From an uncultured Gammaproteobacteria bacterium (GTDB taxonomy: Bacteria; Patescibacteriota; Patescibacteriia; Magasanikbacterales; UBA922), in NCBI GenBank assembly GCA_964349825.1, contig CAYGHM010000002.1:620-64619 (forward strand): 64,000 nucleotides of DNA, read 5' to 3'. The first letter of the stretch is position 1, and each line of letters opens with the position of its first letter. A program made the translations under genes and the position numbers. Under the pieces are notes generated by a model. The model was not told the DNA's origin. It did no database searches and was given only the letters and a program-made list of their open reading frames with translations. This document shows, piece after piece, positions 45,555 through 56,938 of this stretch.

Positions 45555-48011
45555 CTACACACGAATTTTTGCACCAAACATTTTTGTAAGCATCCTCACT
45601 GCTTCTGCATGGACCTTCTCCACCTCTTCTGTTCCTAATGTTCTTTCAAGTGATCGGTAGACAATATGATACGCCATACTTTTCTTTCCTTCTTCAACAT
45701 GTTTTCCTTCGTAGACATCAAATAATTCTACTGATGCGATAAGTGGATCATGCGATAATAGGGTTTGTATAATATGGGTGTGAGCAATAGATCGATCAAC
45801 GATAAATGCCACATCGCGAGAAATTGATGGGTAAACAGGGACAGCTTGATATTGAACCCTGTCCGGCACCTCAGCAGATAAAAGATCAAGATCAATTTCT
45901 GCATAAGCGATCCGTTCAGAAACACCGATTTGCTCTTGTGTTGCCGGATGAATCTCATATATCTGCCCCACTTCTCTTTCCCCACAAAAAATACTTGCAG
46001 CTCGTCCGCTATGCGCAAACACAGGGGGATTCTCCAGTTCTTTTATCACCAATACCGCATTCATATGTCGAGCAATAACATCAATTGCATGGCGAAGAAC
46101 AAAAAACGGTGTCTTATTTCCTTTTTCAGAAAAAATAATTCCCAACATTTGCGCTTGGCGAGGAAGGAGTTCATCACTATTTGGTGTTGCGCGCTCCCCT
46201 GCTTCCTCGATCTTGTACGTGCGGCCGATTTCAAACAAAGCAACACGGTCAAAACGGTGCGTATTATCTTCAACATTTTCTAAAAGTCCGGACAATAATG
46301 TACGTCGAAGTAATGGACGATCTTTTGCAATAGGATTATCGAGCTCAATATGCAAGGCTTCATTCAGACCAATCTTTTTTATCCAATCACGAGAGACGAA
46401 CGAATAATTATATACTTCGGCACTATGTAATTCTTGAGATAAAACAGTACGAACAAGACGCTCAGCACGATGAACTGGTTGCTGAAGCGGCGGCGCAATA
46501 GAAAAATCAGGGAGTGTAGCTGGAATTTGATCATAGCCATACATGCGAGCAATTTCTTCAATCAAATCTTCTTTTGCAACGACATCTTTTGTTGCTCGCC
46601 ACGTCGGCACCGTAACAGAAAGTACATTCTTTTTTTCTTTAATAGAAAAACCGAGACGTACCAATATATCTACAATAGTTTTTTTATCAATAGCAATACC
46701 GATTTTCTTTTCCACCACGTCAAGAGACAATTCAATCGGCCCTTGTGAAACAGAGAAATTTTTTTCATCCGCAATATTGCTCACCACCGCTGCTCCAGGA
46801 CAGGACAGTGTAATCATTTCTACTGCGCGCCGAAGTGCGAGATCGCAGAGATGAGGATCCAATGTTTTTTCAAAACGGCTTGATGATTCAGTGCGCAAAT
46901 TTAATGCCTGCGCCGTTTTTCGAACCGATACTGCGTTAAAATTTGCAGATTCAAGAATAATCGTTTTTGTTGTATCGGTAACACTTCCCACTTCTCCACC
47001 CATAACACCTGCAATCGCCAGAGCCTTTTCAGAACTTGCGATCACAAGCATGGCGTCAGATAATATGTAATCTTTTCCATCCAGCGCCTGAATGGTTTCT
47101 CCCGCTTCAGCATGCCGAACTGTAATATGAGCATTGATACCCTCTTTTCCTACGGCCACATGACTCGCGTCAAACGCATGGAGCGGTTGACCAATATCAA
47201 GCATGACATAGTTGGTAATATCAACAATATTATTGATAGGACGAATACCAACAGCAATCAAACGTTCTTGTATATGTGCAGGCGAAGGTTTTACTGTTAT
47301 TCCATCAATCATTACCCCCATATAGCGAGAACAAAGTGTTTTTTCCTTTACCTCAACACGTACAAGACGACCCTTTGCCGCTTTTACTGCGGCAGGTTTT
47401 GGTTCAGATAATTCTTTCCGATAGATTGCAGCAATTTCACGAGCCAAACCAAGATGACCCCACAAATCAGGACGGTGGGTCATGGATTTATTATCAATTT
47501 CAAAAATAACATCATCGAGACCAAGTGCTTGTTTGAGAGGTGTTCCTGGTTTATTCTTCAAATGACTAAGATCCAAAATTTCTTTCTCATTTTTTTTGGG
47601 AAACATGGTGCCAAGGCCAATTTCATCTGCGCCACAAATCATGCCGAATGATTCAATGCCGCGAATTTTTGTTTCTGCGAGCACTACAGGTTCTCCTTCC
47701 CCATGCCACAATACTTTTGCACCGATTTTTCCAAGTGCAACTTTCATTCCTTCCACAACGTTCGATCCACCGCAAACAATTTGAATCTCTTCATTGCCAA
47801 TATTTACTTGGCATACTTGCAATCGGTCTGCACTAGGATGCTTTTCTGTTTTTTTCACCAATCCCACGACCACATGTTCTAAATATTCACCCTGGGCAGT
47901 TATTCCTTCGACTTCAACGGTGGTAAGTTTTAATTTTAATGCCAATTCAGCCGGATCAAGTGAATCAGGAAGGAATATGTAATCTCGTAACCAGTTTTTG
48001 CTTATTAACAT
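45555..48011 (-). CDS. pheT: phenylalanine--tRNA ligase beta subunit
   Basis: MLISKNWLRDYI... N-terminus; tRNA-binding, B3/4, B5 and FDX-ACB domain order; 818 aa. Confidence 0.9.
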   Translation of the reverse strand: MLISKNWLRDYIFLPDSLDPAELALKLKLTTVEVEGITAQGEYLEHVVVGLVKKTEKHPSADRLQVCQVNIGNEEIQIVCGGSNVVEGMKVALGKIGAKVLWHGEGEPVVLAETKIRGIESFGMICGADEIGLGTMFPKKNEKEILDLSHLKNKPGTPLKQALGLDDVIFEIDNKSMTHRPDLWGHLGLAREIAAIYRKELSEPKPAAVKAAKGRLVRVEVKEKTLCSRYMGVMIDGITVKPSPAHIQERLIAVGIRPINNIVDITNYVMLDIGQPLHAFDASHVAVGKEGINAHITVRHAEAGETIQALDGKDYILSDAMLVIASSEKALAIAGVMGGEVGSVTDTTKTIILESANFNAVSVRKTAQALNLRTESSSRFEKTLDPHLCDLALRRAVEMITLSCPGAAVVSNIADEKNFSVSQGPIELSLDVVEKKIGIAIDKKTIVDILVRLGFSIKEKKNVLSVTVPTWRATKDVVAKEDLIEEIARMYGYDQIPATLPDFSIAPPLQQPVHRAERLVRTVLSQELHSAEVYNYSFVSRDWIKKIGLNEALHIELDNPIAKDRPLLRRTLLSGLLENVEDNTHRFDRVALFEIGRTYKIEEAGERATPNSDELLPRQAQMLGIIFSEKGNKTPFFVLRHAIDVIARHMNAVLVIKELENPPVFAHSGRAASIFCGEREVGQIYEIHPATQEQIGVSERIAYAEIDLDLLSAEVPDRVQYQAVPVYPSISRDVAFIVDRSIAHTHIIQTLLSHDPLIASVELFDVYEGKHVEEGKKSMAYHIVYRSLERTLGTEEVEKVHAEAVRMLTKMFGAKIRV

Positions 48012-48061
48012 ATAGTAAGTATCTGTGAAAGTCGTGTATTTAAATTCTAAGAAGTTGGGCT

Positions 48062-49099
48062 CTATGAATTGAACTGATTCAAAAATCTCAAATCCCCGCT
48101 CTGTAAATGGCGAACATCCTCAATCTTATATTTCAACATAACCAATCTGGTCAATCCAAGTCCAAACGCAAATCCCTGATATTCCTCTGGATTCGCTCCG
48201 CCCGCATTCAATACATTTGGATGAATCATGCCCGCACCAAAAATTTCCAACCAACCGGTAAATTTACATAGTTTACAACCGTTCCCTGCACAAACGTGGC
48301 AGGTAACTTCTCCATTCATACCTGGTTCGACAAATGGATAAAACTTGGGACGAAGACGGACTTTTGTTTCTGGTCCGTATAATTTTTTTGCGATCGTTTC
48401 AAGCACACCTTTCATATGACTAATGGAAACATCTTTTCCAACGACCACGCCTTCAAGCTGATAAAACGTATGTTCATGACGAACATCAGTTGCTTCATTA
48501 CGAAAACAACGACCAGGCGCAATCATACGCAATGGTACGCCATATTTTTGCATAGCGCGCACCTGAACAGAAGACGTGTGTGTACGCATGACCCAATCGG
48601 AATGATCTTTAATATAAAAGGTATCCTGCATATCACGTGCAGGATGATCAGCAGGGACATTAACACTTTCAAAATTATAATAATCACTTTCGAGCTCCGG
48701 CCCGTCTGCGATAAGAAATCCCATGGAGGTAAATAAATCCTCAAGCTCTTGTTGCACAATAGTATTTGGATGCAATGATCCATGAGGTGTACCCGGCAAT
48801 CGAGGCTGTGTAACATCAATATGTTCATCCATCAACTGTTGTTCCCACTCGGAACGTTTTACTTCCTGTTTTTTGTCTTCAAATGCAGTGTCAATCGCCA
48901 TTTTTATTTCATGCACTTCTTTTCCAATCGTTTTACGCTCGTCTTCACTCAATTCTTTCATTTGTTTGAGGAGTGTGGTGATGGCACCAGATTTACGAGA
49001 AAAATATTCTTGTTCAAGAATATCGAGGTCGGCAACAGTTTTTACTTTCTTAAGTGCTGCTAAGAATTTTTTTTGTAATGCAAGAGCGTCATTTACCAT
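48062..49099 (-). CDS. pheS: phenylalanine--tRNA ligase alpha subunit
   Basis: Class II motifs (FRNE, GWLEIFGAGMIHPNVL); adjacent to pheT. Confidence 0.9.
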   Translation of the reverse strand: MVNDALALQKKFLAALKKVKTVADLDILEQEYFSRKSGAITTLLKQMKELSEDERKTIGKEVHEIKMAIDTAFEDKKQEVKRSEWEQQLMDEHIDVTQPRLPGTPHGSLHPNTIVQQELEDLFTSMGFLIADGPELESDYYNFESVNVPADHPARDMQDTFYIKDHSDWVMRTHTSSVQVRAMQKYGVPLRMIAPGRCFRNEATDVRHEHTFYQLEGVVVGKDVSISHMKGVLETIAKKLYGPETKVRLRPKFYPFVEPGMNGEVTCHVCAGNGCKLCKFTGWLEIFGAGMIHPNVLNAGGANPEEYQGFAFGLGLTRLVMLKYKIEDVRHLQSGDLRFLNQFNS

Positions 49100-49108
49100 A
49101 CAGAATAA

Positions 49109-50278
49109 TTAAAACAAACGTGCAATATCGCGATAGGTCACGACAACAATTAAAAGCATAAGAAGTAAAAAACCAATCGAATGCGCGGCCTGTTCATATT
49201 TTTGTGAAACAGGACGACCAATAACTTTTTCAATAATGACAAATAATAATCTTCCACCATCAAGCGCTGGAATTGGTAAAATATTAATCGCCGCAAGACT
49301 CAAAGAAATCATCGCTGCGACATTAATAAGATACTGGATTCCCATACGCGCACTCTGTCCTACTATGGTCGCAATACCTACCGGTCCAGAGACATCAAAA
49401 GCAAGACCTTTGCCAAGAACGAGCCCCTTAATAAGAAGAAAGAACGCAATAAAAATATTAATAAGACCAACACCTGATGCGATAATTCCTTTATATATTG
49501 CCAAATACCATGGATAACGAATAACTCCTGCATCTGCAAGCATGACACCAAGACGCGGCACATTATCTTCTCCAATATCAGTAGGCGTTAGTTCAACGGT
49601 TTTTATGACCCCTTCACGTCTGATCTCAACGGAAATTGGAACAAAGCCATATTCTTTAATACGTTCTCGCATCTGCTCGGATGAATCCACGGGCACCCCA
49701 TTTAACGAAAGAACTGTATCACCAAACTGAAACCCTGCTTTTTCGGCGGGAGAATCTTTTTCCACTTGCTGAATACTTATTTCAGGAGGATGAACGACAA
49801 TAGCTTTTTTATCCACCCCACCACTAAAATCAGTAGGGAGACCAATCATAAACCCAATACTGAGAAGAACCGCAGCGAGAATAACATTCATTGTTACTCC
49901 GGCAATGAGTACAAGAACACGTTTCCAAATTTTTTGTGCAGCAAAACTATCAGAGGCATTTGCATCTTCACCATTTTCTCCTTTAATTTTTACAAATCCA
50001 CCGAGTGGTAACCAATTCACCGAATATAAAGTACCCGAATATTCTTCCTGGTGAGCTTCACCACCAACGGTATCTTGAAGACCACCTTTTCCTTTGCCCC
50101 ATACCCACACCCATTTTTTTGTTTTTGGGTCTTTATAGGCGCCAAATGCCCGAGGTGGAAAACCCCAGCCGAATTCATATACCTTCATGCCGCTTTTCTT
50201 GGCAACAATAAAATGACCCCATTCGTGGGCCAAAACCAATACACTGAGAACAATAAGAAATACAATAAGAGTCATCAT
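49109..50278 (-). CDS. rseP: RIP zinc metalloprotease (site-2 protease, M50 family)
   Basis: HEWGHFIVAKKSG is the HExxH motif; a PDZ-like middle region; LDGG. The start was taken at MMTLIV, since the listed extension has no support. Confidence 0.8.
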   Translation of the reverse strand: MMTLIVFLIVLSVLVLAHEWGHFIVAKKSGMKVYEFGWGFPPRAFGAYKDPKTKKWVWVWGKGKGGLQDTVGGEAHQEEYSGTLYSVNWLPLGGFVKIKGENGEDANASDSFAAQKIWKRVLVLIAGVTMNVILAAVLLSIGFMIGLPTDFSGGVDKKAIVVHPPEISIQQVEKDSPAEKAGFQFGDTVLSLNGVPVDSSEQMRERIKEYGFVPISVEIRREGVIKTVELTPTDIGEDNVPRLGVMLADAGVIRYPWYLAIYKGIIASGVGLINIFIAFFLLIKGLVLGKGLAFDVSGPVGIATIVGQSARMGIQYLINVAAMISLSLAAINILPIPALDGGRLLFVIIEKVIGRPVSQKYEQAAHSIGFLLLMLLIVVVTYRDIARLF

Positions 50279-50432
50279 AATTGACGAAACAGACAGTAAA
50301 AAGTACAATAGACGTATATCGAGTATGCCACAGGTAAGGGTGTTTTTCAAGTAGGCCCGAGGCGCTGCCTCGGGGCCCTTATAAGAACAGCGCCCCACAT
50401 CACTTATTATTTTATTCATTGTCCCCTCAACT

Positions 50433-50996
50433 ATGACAGCAGTGTATATCCTTATTGGTATAATTGTCCTCCTCGGCCTGTGGATCATTGGCCTATACAA
50501 TGGCCTTATTACCCTACGAAACCGTGTAAAAGAAGCATGGAGTGATATTGATGTTCAATTGAAACGTCGGCACGATCTTATTCCAAACTTACTAGAAAGC
50601 GTAAAGGGGTATATGACCCATGAACGCACTTTGCTTGAAAACATCACAAAAGCTCGTTCCCAAGCTATGACTGCACAAGCAAGTGGGAACACAGCCGAAC
50701 TCGCAAAAGCAGAATCCGCCTTATCCAGTATGATGGGAAGTTTGCGTATTGCCGTTGAAGCTTATCCAGATCTCAAAGCAAATCAAAACATGGCACAGCT
50801 CATGGACGAATTATCCGATACAGAAAACAAAATTCAAGCATCACGTCGCTTCTACAATGGACAGGTGCGTGATTTCAATACAAAAGTTGAACACTTCCCA
50901 ACAAATATGATCGCAGGATCATTGAAATTCGAAAAATTTGGATACTTCGAGATTGAAGATCCAAAAGAACGCGAAAATGTACAGGTGAAATTCTAA
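50433..50996 (+). CDS. lemA: LemA-family membrane protein
   Basis: N-terminal TM followed by YNGLITLRNRVKEAWSDIDVQLKRRHDLIPNL, the LemA signature. Confidence 0.8.
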   Translation: MTAVYILIGIIVLLGLWIIGLYNGLITLRNRVKEAWSDIDVQLKRRHDLIPNLLESVKGYMTHERTLLENITKARSQAMTAQASGNTAELAKAESALSSMMGSLRIAVEAYPDLKANQNMAQLMDELSDTENKIQASRRFYNGQVRDFNTKVEHFPTNMIAGSLKFEKFGYFEIEDPKERENVQVKF

Positions 50997-51070
50997 GAAT
51001 AGAGAATAATGAATAAGGAATATCGAGATGAAAAAAATTCTTCATTTTCAATTCTTCATTTTCAATTCTC
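50996..51070. repeat. GAATAGA-type palindrome (family copy 5, shorter)
   Basis: aagaatagagaataatgaataaggaatat...ttcttcattttcaattcttcattttcaattctc. Confidence 0.5.
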
Positions 51071-51079
51071 AAAAAAAAT

Positions 51080-51964
51080 ATGTACAATCAAATAACAGAA
51101 AACAAAAGAAAGACCCTCTTCCTTATTTTTATCTTCCTTGTCTTCATTATCGGCATCGCATGGTTTGCCGATGTCTATTTGGGATATGGATACAGCCTGG
51201 TAAGTACTGCGATTGTTATTTCCGGAGGAATGACACTTATTAGTTATTTTGCAGGAGATAAAATAGCACTCGCATCAACCGGTGCAAAAGAAATTCAGGC
51301 AAAAGACAATCCTTATATCTGGCGCATGATAGAAAATCTTGCAATCACATCTGGATTACCCATGCCACGCGTCTATATTATTAATAGCCCGGCACTCAAT
51401 GCCTTTGCTACTGGTCGAGACCCTAAACACGCATCTATTGCTGTTACTACCGGACTCATTCAAGCACTTGAGAATGAAGAAATGGAAGGTGTACTTGCTC
51501 ACGAACTATCACATATCCAAAATTATGATATTCGTGTCATGACCATCGTTGTTGTCTTGGTAGGCGCCATTGCTATTCTTTCTGACATGTTCTTTCGTGC
51601 CCGTTTAATGGGCCATTCCGATAATGACAATAGATCATCAGGGCAACTTGGCAGCATTCTTGCCATCTTCGGTATTGTACTGATTGTACTGTCACCAATT
51701 ATTGCTGAACTTATTAAACTATCCATCTCTCGCAGAAGAGAATATTTAGCCGATGCTTCCGGAGCCTTACTCACTCGCTATCCAGAAGGATTAGCAAGAG
51801 CGTTGGAAAAAATTTCGACATCTGCAACACCCTTACAAACAGCAAGTACGGCAACAGCACATCTATTTATTTCAAATCCATTGAAGGGAAAAACGATATC
51901 ACATCTCTTCTCTACTCATCCGCCAATTGAAGACCGCATCAAAAAACTGCGGGAGATGGCATAA
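51080..51964 (+). CDS. htpX: M48 zinc metalloprotease HtpX
   Basis: HELSHIQNYD is the HExxH motif; N-terminal TM helices; the LemA-HtpX pairing is common. Confidence 0.85.
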   Translation: MYNQITENKRKTLFLIFIFLVFIIGIAWFADVYLGYGYSLVSTAIVISGGMTLISYFAGDKIALASTGAKEIQAKDNPYIWRMIENLAITSGLPMPRVYIINSPALNAFATGRDPKHASIAVTTGLIQALENEEMEGVLAHELSHIQNYDIRVMTIVVVLVGAIAILSDMFFRARLMGHSDNDNRSSGQLGSILAIFGIVLIVLSPIIAELIKLSISRRREYLADASGALLTRYPEGLARALEKISTSATPLQTASTATAHLFISNPLKGKTISHLFSTHPPIEDRIKKLREMA

Positions 51965-51973
51965 TCCTATTCT

Positions 51974-52303
51974 ATGACTGAACTACTTTTCGTCTATGGC
52001 TCCCTGCTCGAACGCTCGGTGCAAGAACAAGTAATCAGTCGATTTGAAGAAGGGGTAGATGATATTCTTGACCAGCATAAAAAAATTCCCGCTTTTGTCG
52101 AAGGACAACAATACTCAACCGTTATCCCGGACAAAAAAAGTGAGACAAAAGGAAAAGTATTATCACTGACAGAACAAGAATTGGAAAAAATTGATATGTA
52201 TGAAGAACCAGAATATTCACGAGAAAAAATAAAACTCAAAAGTGGTATTCTCGTATGGATATACACCTATAAAAATACGAGATCAGAAGGTTCTTGGGTA
52301 TAA
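51974..52303 (+). CDS. gamma-glutamyl cyclotransferase-like (AIG2/GGCT fold) protein
   Basis: LFVYGSLL...E...Y is the GGCT signature. Confidence 0.65.
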   Translation: MTELLFVYGSLLERSVQEQVISRFEEGVDDILDQHKKIPAFVEGQQYSTVIPDKKSETKGKVLSLTEQELEKIDMYEEPEYSREKIKLKSGILVWIYTYKNTRSEGSWV

Positions 52304-52386
52304 CAAAAACAGACAAACAAAAACACCCCTCTTACGGGGTGTTTATTTTTCTAATATGGCCAGCCCTGAAAACACTTGTGGTCATA

Positions 52387-52815
52387 TCAGGGCACTTGGC
52401 CGGGCACCTCCTTGGGGTAGTTGATCGGGCGCAGATAACCGCGCCGGGTGACGTAGTTCGTCAGGTAGCTGCTCGTGTAGCTGAAAAAGACGGGCGACAC
52501 ACACGACATCAGGAGCTCAGGCGAATCATTCCACCAATGGCCTGTGAAACTCATCGCAAACGTGAGCGATCCAGCAGCAAGACTCCCCAAGAAATACGAA
52601 CGAAACGCATTGCGAATGGGAGAAAAATGCTGGACAAGCCGTGCGGATACACCAGTTGACAGGAAGCTCGCACATGCCTGGGCGAAGGCAGCAGAAGTGG
52701 CCAAGCCTACCCCATGCTCCCAATTCACACAACAGGCAATTATTGCCTGAAACACAGCGGCCGCACAAGCGAACTTCAGGTTGAACAGGTTGTGATACAT
52801 CAAACGCCAATTCAC
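52387..52815 (-). CDS. GC-rich small membrane protein (hypothetical), GTG start
   Basis: Minus-strand promoter TTGACG-N18-TATACT (52841-52870), SD GGAGGTGA and a GTG start. Hydrophobic segments AAAVFQAIIACCV and FLGSLAAGSLTFAMSF. About 58% GC. The + strand ORF 52294..52659 was rejected. Confidence 0.4.
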   Translation of the reverse strand: MNWRLMYHNLFNLKFACAAAVFQAIIACCVNWEHGVGLATSAAFAQACASFLSTGVSARLVQHFSPIRNAFRSYFLGSLAAGSLTFAMSFTGHWWNDSPELLMSCVSPVFFSYTSSYLTNYVTRRGYLRPINYPKEVPGQVP

Positions 52816-52872
52816 TCGTCACCTCCACTTTGTCGCTATCAGTATAGGCATGGAAAGGTGTTTACGTCAATA

Positions 52873-54243
52873 CTATTCTCCGATTAATCCTTTTATTTTT
52901 TCTACTTCTCTCTCCATTACTTCTTTCGTCTTCGCTTCCAAATTCAATCTGAGTACTGGCTCTGTATTACTTTTTCGGAGATTAATCCATCCCCAATCAC
53001 ATTTCATCCAAATTCCGTCAATCGTAGACACTTCTTTTATCTCGTCTTTATATGCTTCTTGAATACGTGCAATTGCTCCATCTTTGTCATGGACTTCAAA
53101 ATTAATTTCACCTGAGTGGAAATATTTTTTAAGTGGCGACGTCAGCTCACTTAATTTTTTGCCTGATTCTGATAAAAGTCGAACAATATAGAGAAAGCTC
53201 AAATCACTTGACTCAATATCATACAGATCATGATAATACAGATGCAAAGACAATTCGCTCGCAAAAATAGCTTTCTTTTCTTTCATGGTCTTTTTAATTA
53301 AGGCATGGCCGACAGAACACATTTCCGTCGTCGCTCCATGCGATTCCCATGTTTCTTTTATAATTTCACTGGAACGTAAATCATAGAGCATGTGTCCACC
53401 TGGATGAAGTTTTAATACCTCAAGACCTAGCAATGTTCCCACAAATGACGGATCAACAATTTCCCCATTCTCATCGACAAGACCAATGCGATCCGCGTCC
53501 CCATCAGTCGCAAACCCAAAATCTGCACCCAATTCTTTCACTTTTGCTTGTAAATCTTTTAATGTTTCAGATTTTAATGGATTTGCTTCATGGTTCGGAA
53601 ATGTTCCATCTGGTTCTTGAAATAAAAAAGTGGTTTGAAGAGGTAAACCAGCAATAACAGCAGGCATAATCGCGCCACCCATACCATTTCCAAAATCAAT
53701 GACTGCTTTAAGCGGTTTAATTGTATCTTTATTTACCAGCTCATATAACCTCCCCATATAGTCCGGCATAGTATCTCGCGTAGAGACTGACCCTTTTCTT
53801 TCTGATGGTTTCCATACTCCTGCCTCTACTTTTGCCCGGATATCATCCATGCCATTATTTTTTCCAATAGGAAGACCGTTTTCAAGCGTCATCTTGAATC
53901 CATTATACTCGGCAGGATTATGACTTGCTGTTACCATAATACCCCCAGCGTATTCTGGAAAATGTGCACAGGAAAAATTAAATACAGGGGTAGATGCAAG
54001 TCCAATATCAACCACATTGATACCCGCATCGGTAATCCCCTCAATAACTGAGGCTTGATATGTAAGACTGGTATCACGCATATCATAACCCACCACCAAA
54101 GATCGGCCGTCAACTGAAATTCCTTTTTCACGAATGGTTTCGGCAAACGCCCGACCAATACCATAAGCAAGCGAGGCGCTCAATTCCCCCACTACGAGCC
54201 CCCGAATATCATACGCCTTAAAAATATGTGTAGGAAAGGTCAT
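52873..54243 (-). CDS. phosphomannomutase/phosphoglucomutase (alpha-D-phosphohexomutase)
   Basis: AYDIRG N-terminal motif; active-site TASHNPAEYNGFK; GDGDADR metal loop. Confidence 0.85.
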   Translation of the reverse strand: MTFPTHIFKAYDIRGLVVGELSASLAYGIGRAFAETIREKGISVDGRSLVVGYDMRDTSLTYQASVIEGITDAGINVVDIGLASTPVFNFSCAHFPEYAGGIMVTASHNPAEYNGFKMTLENGLPIGKNNGMDDIRAKVEAGVWKPSERKGSVSTRDTMPDYMGRLYELVNKDTIKPLKAVIDFGNGMGGAIMPAVIAGLPLQTTFLFQEPDGTFPNHEANPLKSETLKDLQAKVKELGADFGFATDGDADRIGLVDENGEIVDPSFVGTLLGLEVLKLHPGGHMLYDLRSSEIIKETWESHGATTEMCSVGHALIKKTMKEKKAIFASELSLHLYYHDLYDIESSDLSFLYIVRLLSESGKKLSELTSPLKKYFHSGEINFEVHDKDGAIARIQEAYKDEIKEVSTIDGIWMKCDWGWINLRKSNTEPVLRLNLEAKTKEVMEREVEKIKGLIGE

Positions 54244-54371
54244 ATTTCAACAAAATGATTAATAAACCCGTACATAAGGTAAGATAATTGAAAATAAAGC
54301 AGATTACCTATATACTAATGGTAGATTAGAATAAAGTTCACAAGATAGCAAGTCTATAAATAAACTCTGAT

Positions 54372-56930
54372 ATGGAACCGAAACAAATCCTAGAAAACTT
54401 CTCAACCCACTTAAAAAATGTGATTGCTCGCGCAATTTCTCTCGCCGCGCAATTTAAGCATGAAAAAGTACTTCCGGCGCACCTCCTTCTTGCCATAACA
54501 GAAGAAACAGGGTGCGTAGGAGCTGAGCTCCTCAAAAAGAATAACTTTACCAATAAATCAATTGTATCATATTTAGCTACTCTCAAAACAATTGATTTGG
54601 AAATAAGTTCTGAACAAGGAAAATCAGCTATCGCAACCTTGCCAGAATTACATGAACATGCAAAACAAGTGTTGGAAAAAGCCATGCTTATTGCCTATGA
54701 GTATGCGCACAACCATGTAGGAACAGAGCATCTTTTGCACGGAATTATCACAACAGAAAGTCCAGATTTGTATGACATTTTTATTGCAAGTAAAATAAAA
54801 ACAAAAGAAATTGAAGAACAGCTCCAAACTATTTTTCAAAGTACTAGTAAATTCCCTGATATAGAAGAAATTTCTGAGGTAATGAATCATCTTGATGATA
54901 TGGGAGAAGATATGGAAGACGGACATGAGATGCCGGGACCGCATCCACGACATCCGCCTGAAAAAACAAAAATGAGAAAACCGGGCCCAAGTGCGCTCGA
55001 CATGTTTGCAACCCGACTTACTGACGAAAAAATTCAGGAAACCATCGACCCTGTTATTGGTCGGGAAAAAGAAATCGAACGCGTCATCCACGTATTATCT
55101 CGTCGCAATAAAAATAATCCGATTCTTATTGGTGAGCCGGGTGTTGGAAAAACAGCGATTGTTGAAGGGCTGGCAAAACGGATTACTGCCGGTACTGTTC
55201 CGGCAGTACTCAAAAATAAGCATATTTTTTCTCTCGACATGACCCTGCTTATCTCCGGGACAATTTACCGAGGGGAATTTGAAGCACGCATCAAACAACT
55301 GATCGATGAAGTATCTGCCCATCCTGACTACATTCTTTTTATTGATGAAATACATAATATTATCGGCGCAGGATCAAACCAAGGTACTATGGATGCAGCC
55401 AATATTTTAAAGCCAGCACTTGCTCGTGGTAAATTACGCTGTATCGGCGCAACTACATTTGATGAATACAAAAAATATATTACCAATGACCCGGCGCTTG
55501 AACGACGATTCCAGTCTATCCGCGTGGATGAACCAAGCAAAGGTGATGCTACCAATATTCTTCGCGGGATTAAAAAATACTACGATGCATTTCACCATAC
55601 CGATATTACCGACGATGCAATTCAAGCATCGGTAGAATTAAGCGCGCGCTATATCCATGATAATTTCTTACCCGACAAAGCGATAGATCTTATTGATGAA
55701 GCGGCTGCAGCAGTCCGAACAAAACAAAAAATAACACCACAAGAAGAACAACTCTTTTCATTACAACAACGTGTGAATGATTTATTAAAACAAAAAGAAG
55801 TTGCGATTGATGAAGAAAAATTGGAACAAGCAATTAAACTCAAAGAACAATTAAAAAAGATAGAAAAAGAATTGGCAACAATTCAAAAAAAGGCCAAAAA
55901 ACCAACCAAAAAACGAGCGCTTGTCGGTCGTGATGATATTATTCGTGTTCTTAGTACACGTCTTAATATTTCTCCAGAAATACTCGCGCAAAAAGAATGG
56001 GATCGACTGAGAACGCTTGATACTCGCTTAAAAAAGCATATTATTGGACAGGATTCTGCACTCACTACTATCTCGACCGCATTAAAACGTTCTCATTTGG
56101 GAACAAATCCAAATAGCCGCCGGCCGATTGCTTCTTTTCTCTTTGCTGGCCCAAGCGGCGTAGGAAAGACAGCATTAGCCAAAGCGCTCGCAGAGGAACT
56201 CTACCAAGATCCAAAAGCCTTAATTCGTCTCGACATGAGTGAATTTTCCGAAGGCCATGGTATTTCAAAACTACTCGGCTCCCCTGCTGGATATGTGGGA
56301 TACAAAGACCGCAATCGTTTTGTTGATGAATTAAAACAACGCCCCTATTCAGTTGTTCTTCTCGACGAAATTGATAAAGCACATCCGGATGTGCTCAAAC
56401 TCTTATTACAAATTCTTGACGAAGGGACATTGACTGATAGCGGCGGAAAACACTTATCGTTCCAACATACTGTCATTATCTTGACCACCAATATAGGTGC
56501 TGAATTATATAAAAGTGCAGGTATTGGATTTGGGAGTGTTGGGAGCGATGGAAATGCGCAAGTAGAGCGACGGACGTCAGCCATTGAAGCGCGGTTACAA
56601 GACGCTTTCGGTACCGCCATACTCGGACGCCTTGATGCCCTCTGTGTCTTTAATCCGCTCACACACGATACGGTCACGGCTATCGCCAAAAAACATCTTG
56701 AGGCACTCTCAGCAGCGATGAAAGAAAAAAATAATATTGCCATTCATATTACGGAACCAGCAATTGAACAACTCATCAAAGACGCAAAATACGCGGATAT
56801 GGGGGCTCGCCAGATTGAACGCGTTGCAGACCGAGTAGTACAAGATCTTCTTGTCGACATACTTATGAAAACAAAACATAAAAAACAATATAAGCTTGTT
56901 CATACTGATAATACCTATAAATTGGTATAA
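54372..56930 (+). CDS. clpC: Clp ATPase chaperone (ClpC/ClpB family): two AAA+ modules and Clp_N repeats
   Basis: [15 protein letters not shown] and [15 protein letters not shown] Walker A motifs, with sensor and arginine-finger regions; 852 aa. Confidence 0.85.
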   Translation: MEPKQILENFSTHLKNVIARAISLAAQFKHEKVLPAHLLLAITEETGCVGAELLKKNNFTNKSIVSYLATLKTIDLEISSEQGKSAIATLPELHEHAKQVLEKAMLIAYEYAHNHVGTEHLLHGIITTESPDLYDIFIASKIKTKEIEEQLQTIFQSTSKFPDIEEISEVMNHLDDMGEDMEDGHEMPGPHPRHPPEKTKMRKPGPSALDMFATRLTDEKIQETIDPVIGREKEIERVIHVLSRRNKNNPILIGEPGVGKTAIVEGLAKRITAGTVPAVLKNKHIFSLDMTLLISGTIYRGEFEARIKQLIDEVSAHPDYILFIDEIHNIIGAGSNQGTMDAANILKPALARGKLRCIGATTFDEYKKYITNDPALERRFQSIRVDEPSKGDATNILRGIKKYYDAFHHTDITDDAIQASVELSARYIHDNFLPDKAIDLIDEAAAAVRTKQKITPQEEQLFSLQQRVNDLLKQKEVAIDEEKLEQAIKLKEQLKKIEKELATIQKKAKKPTKKRALVGRDDIIRVLSTRLNISPEILAQKEWDRLRTLDTRLKKHIIGQDSALTTISTALKRSHLGTNPNSRRPIASFLFAGPSGVGKTALAKALAEELYQDPKALIRLDMSEFSEGHGISKLLGSPAGYVGYKDRNRFVDELKQRPYSVVLLDEIDKAHPDVLKLLLQILDEGTLTDSGGKHLSFQHTVIILTTNIGAELYKSAGIGFGSVGSDGNAQVERRTSAIEARLQDAFGTAILGRLDALCVFNPLTHDTVTAIAKKHLEALSAAMKEKNNIAIHITEPAIEQLIKDAKYADMGARQIERVADRVVQDLLVDILMKTKHKKQYKLVHTDNTYKLV

Positions 56931-56938
56931 CTTTCTCT

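Noticed and set aside
2490-51070. Possibility that the GAATAGA or MITE repeats are CRISPR arrays
   Set aside because: The copies are kilobases apart and single. Each is an inverted-arm palindrome rather than direct repeats with unique spacers. No cas genes are present.
52294-52659. 121-aa plus-strand ORF in cassette 6
   Set aside because: The minus-strand frame has a promoter, SD, GTG start and hydrophobic segments. The plus-strand product is Arg-rich and would begin inside the GGCT-gene terminator.
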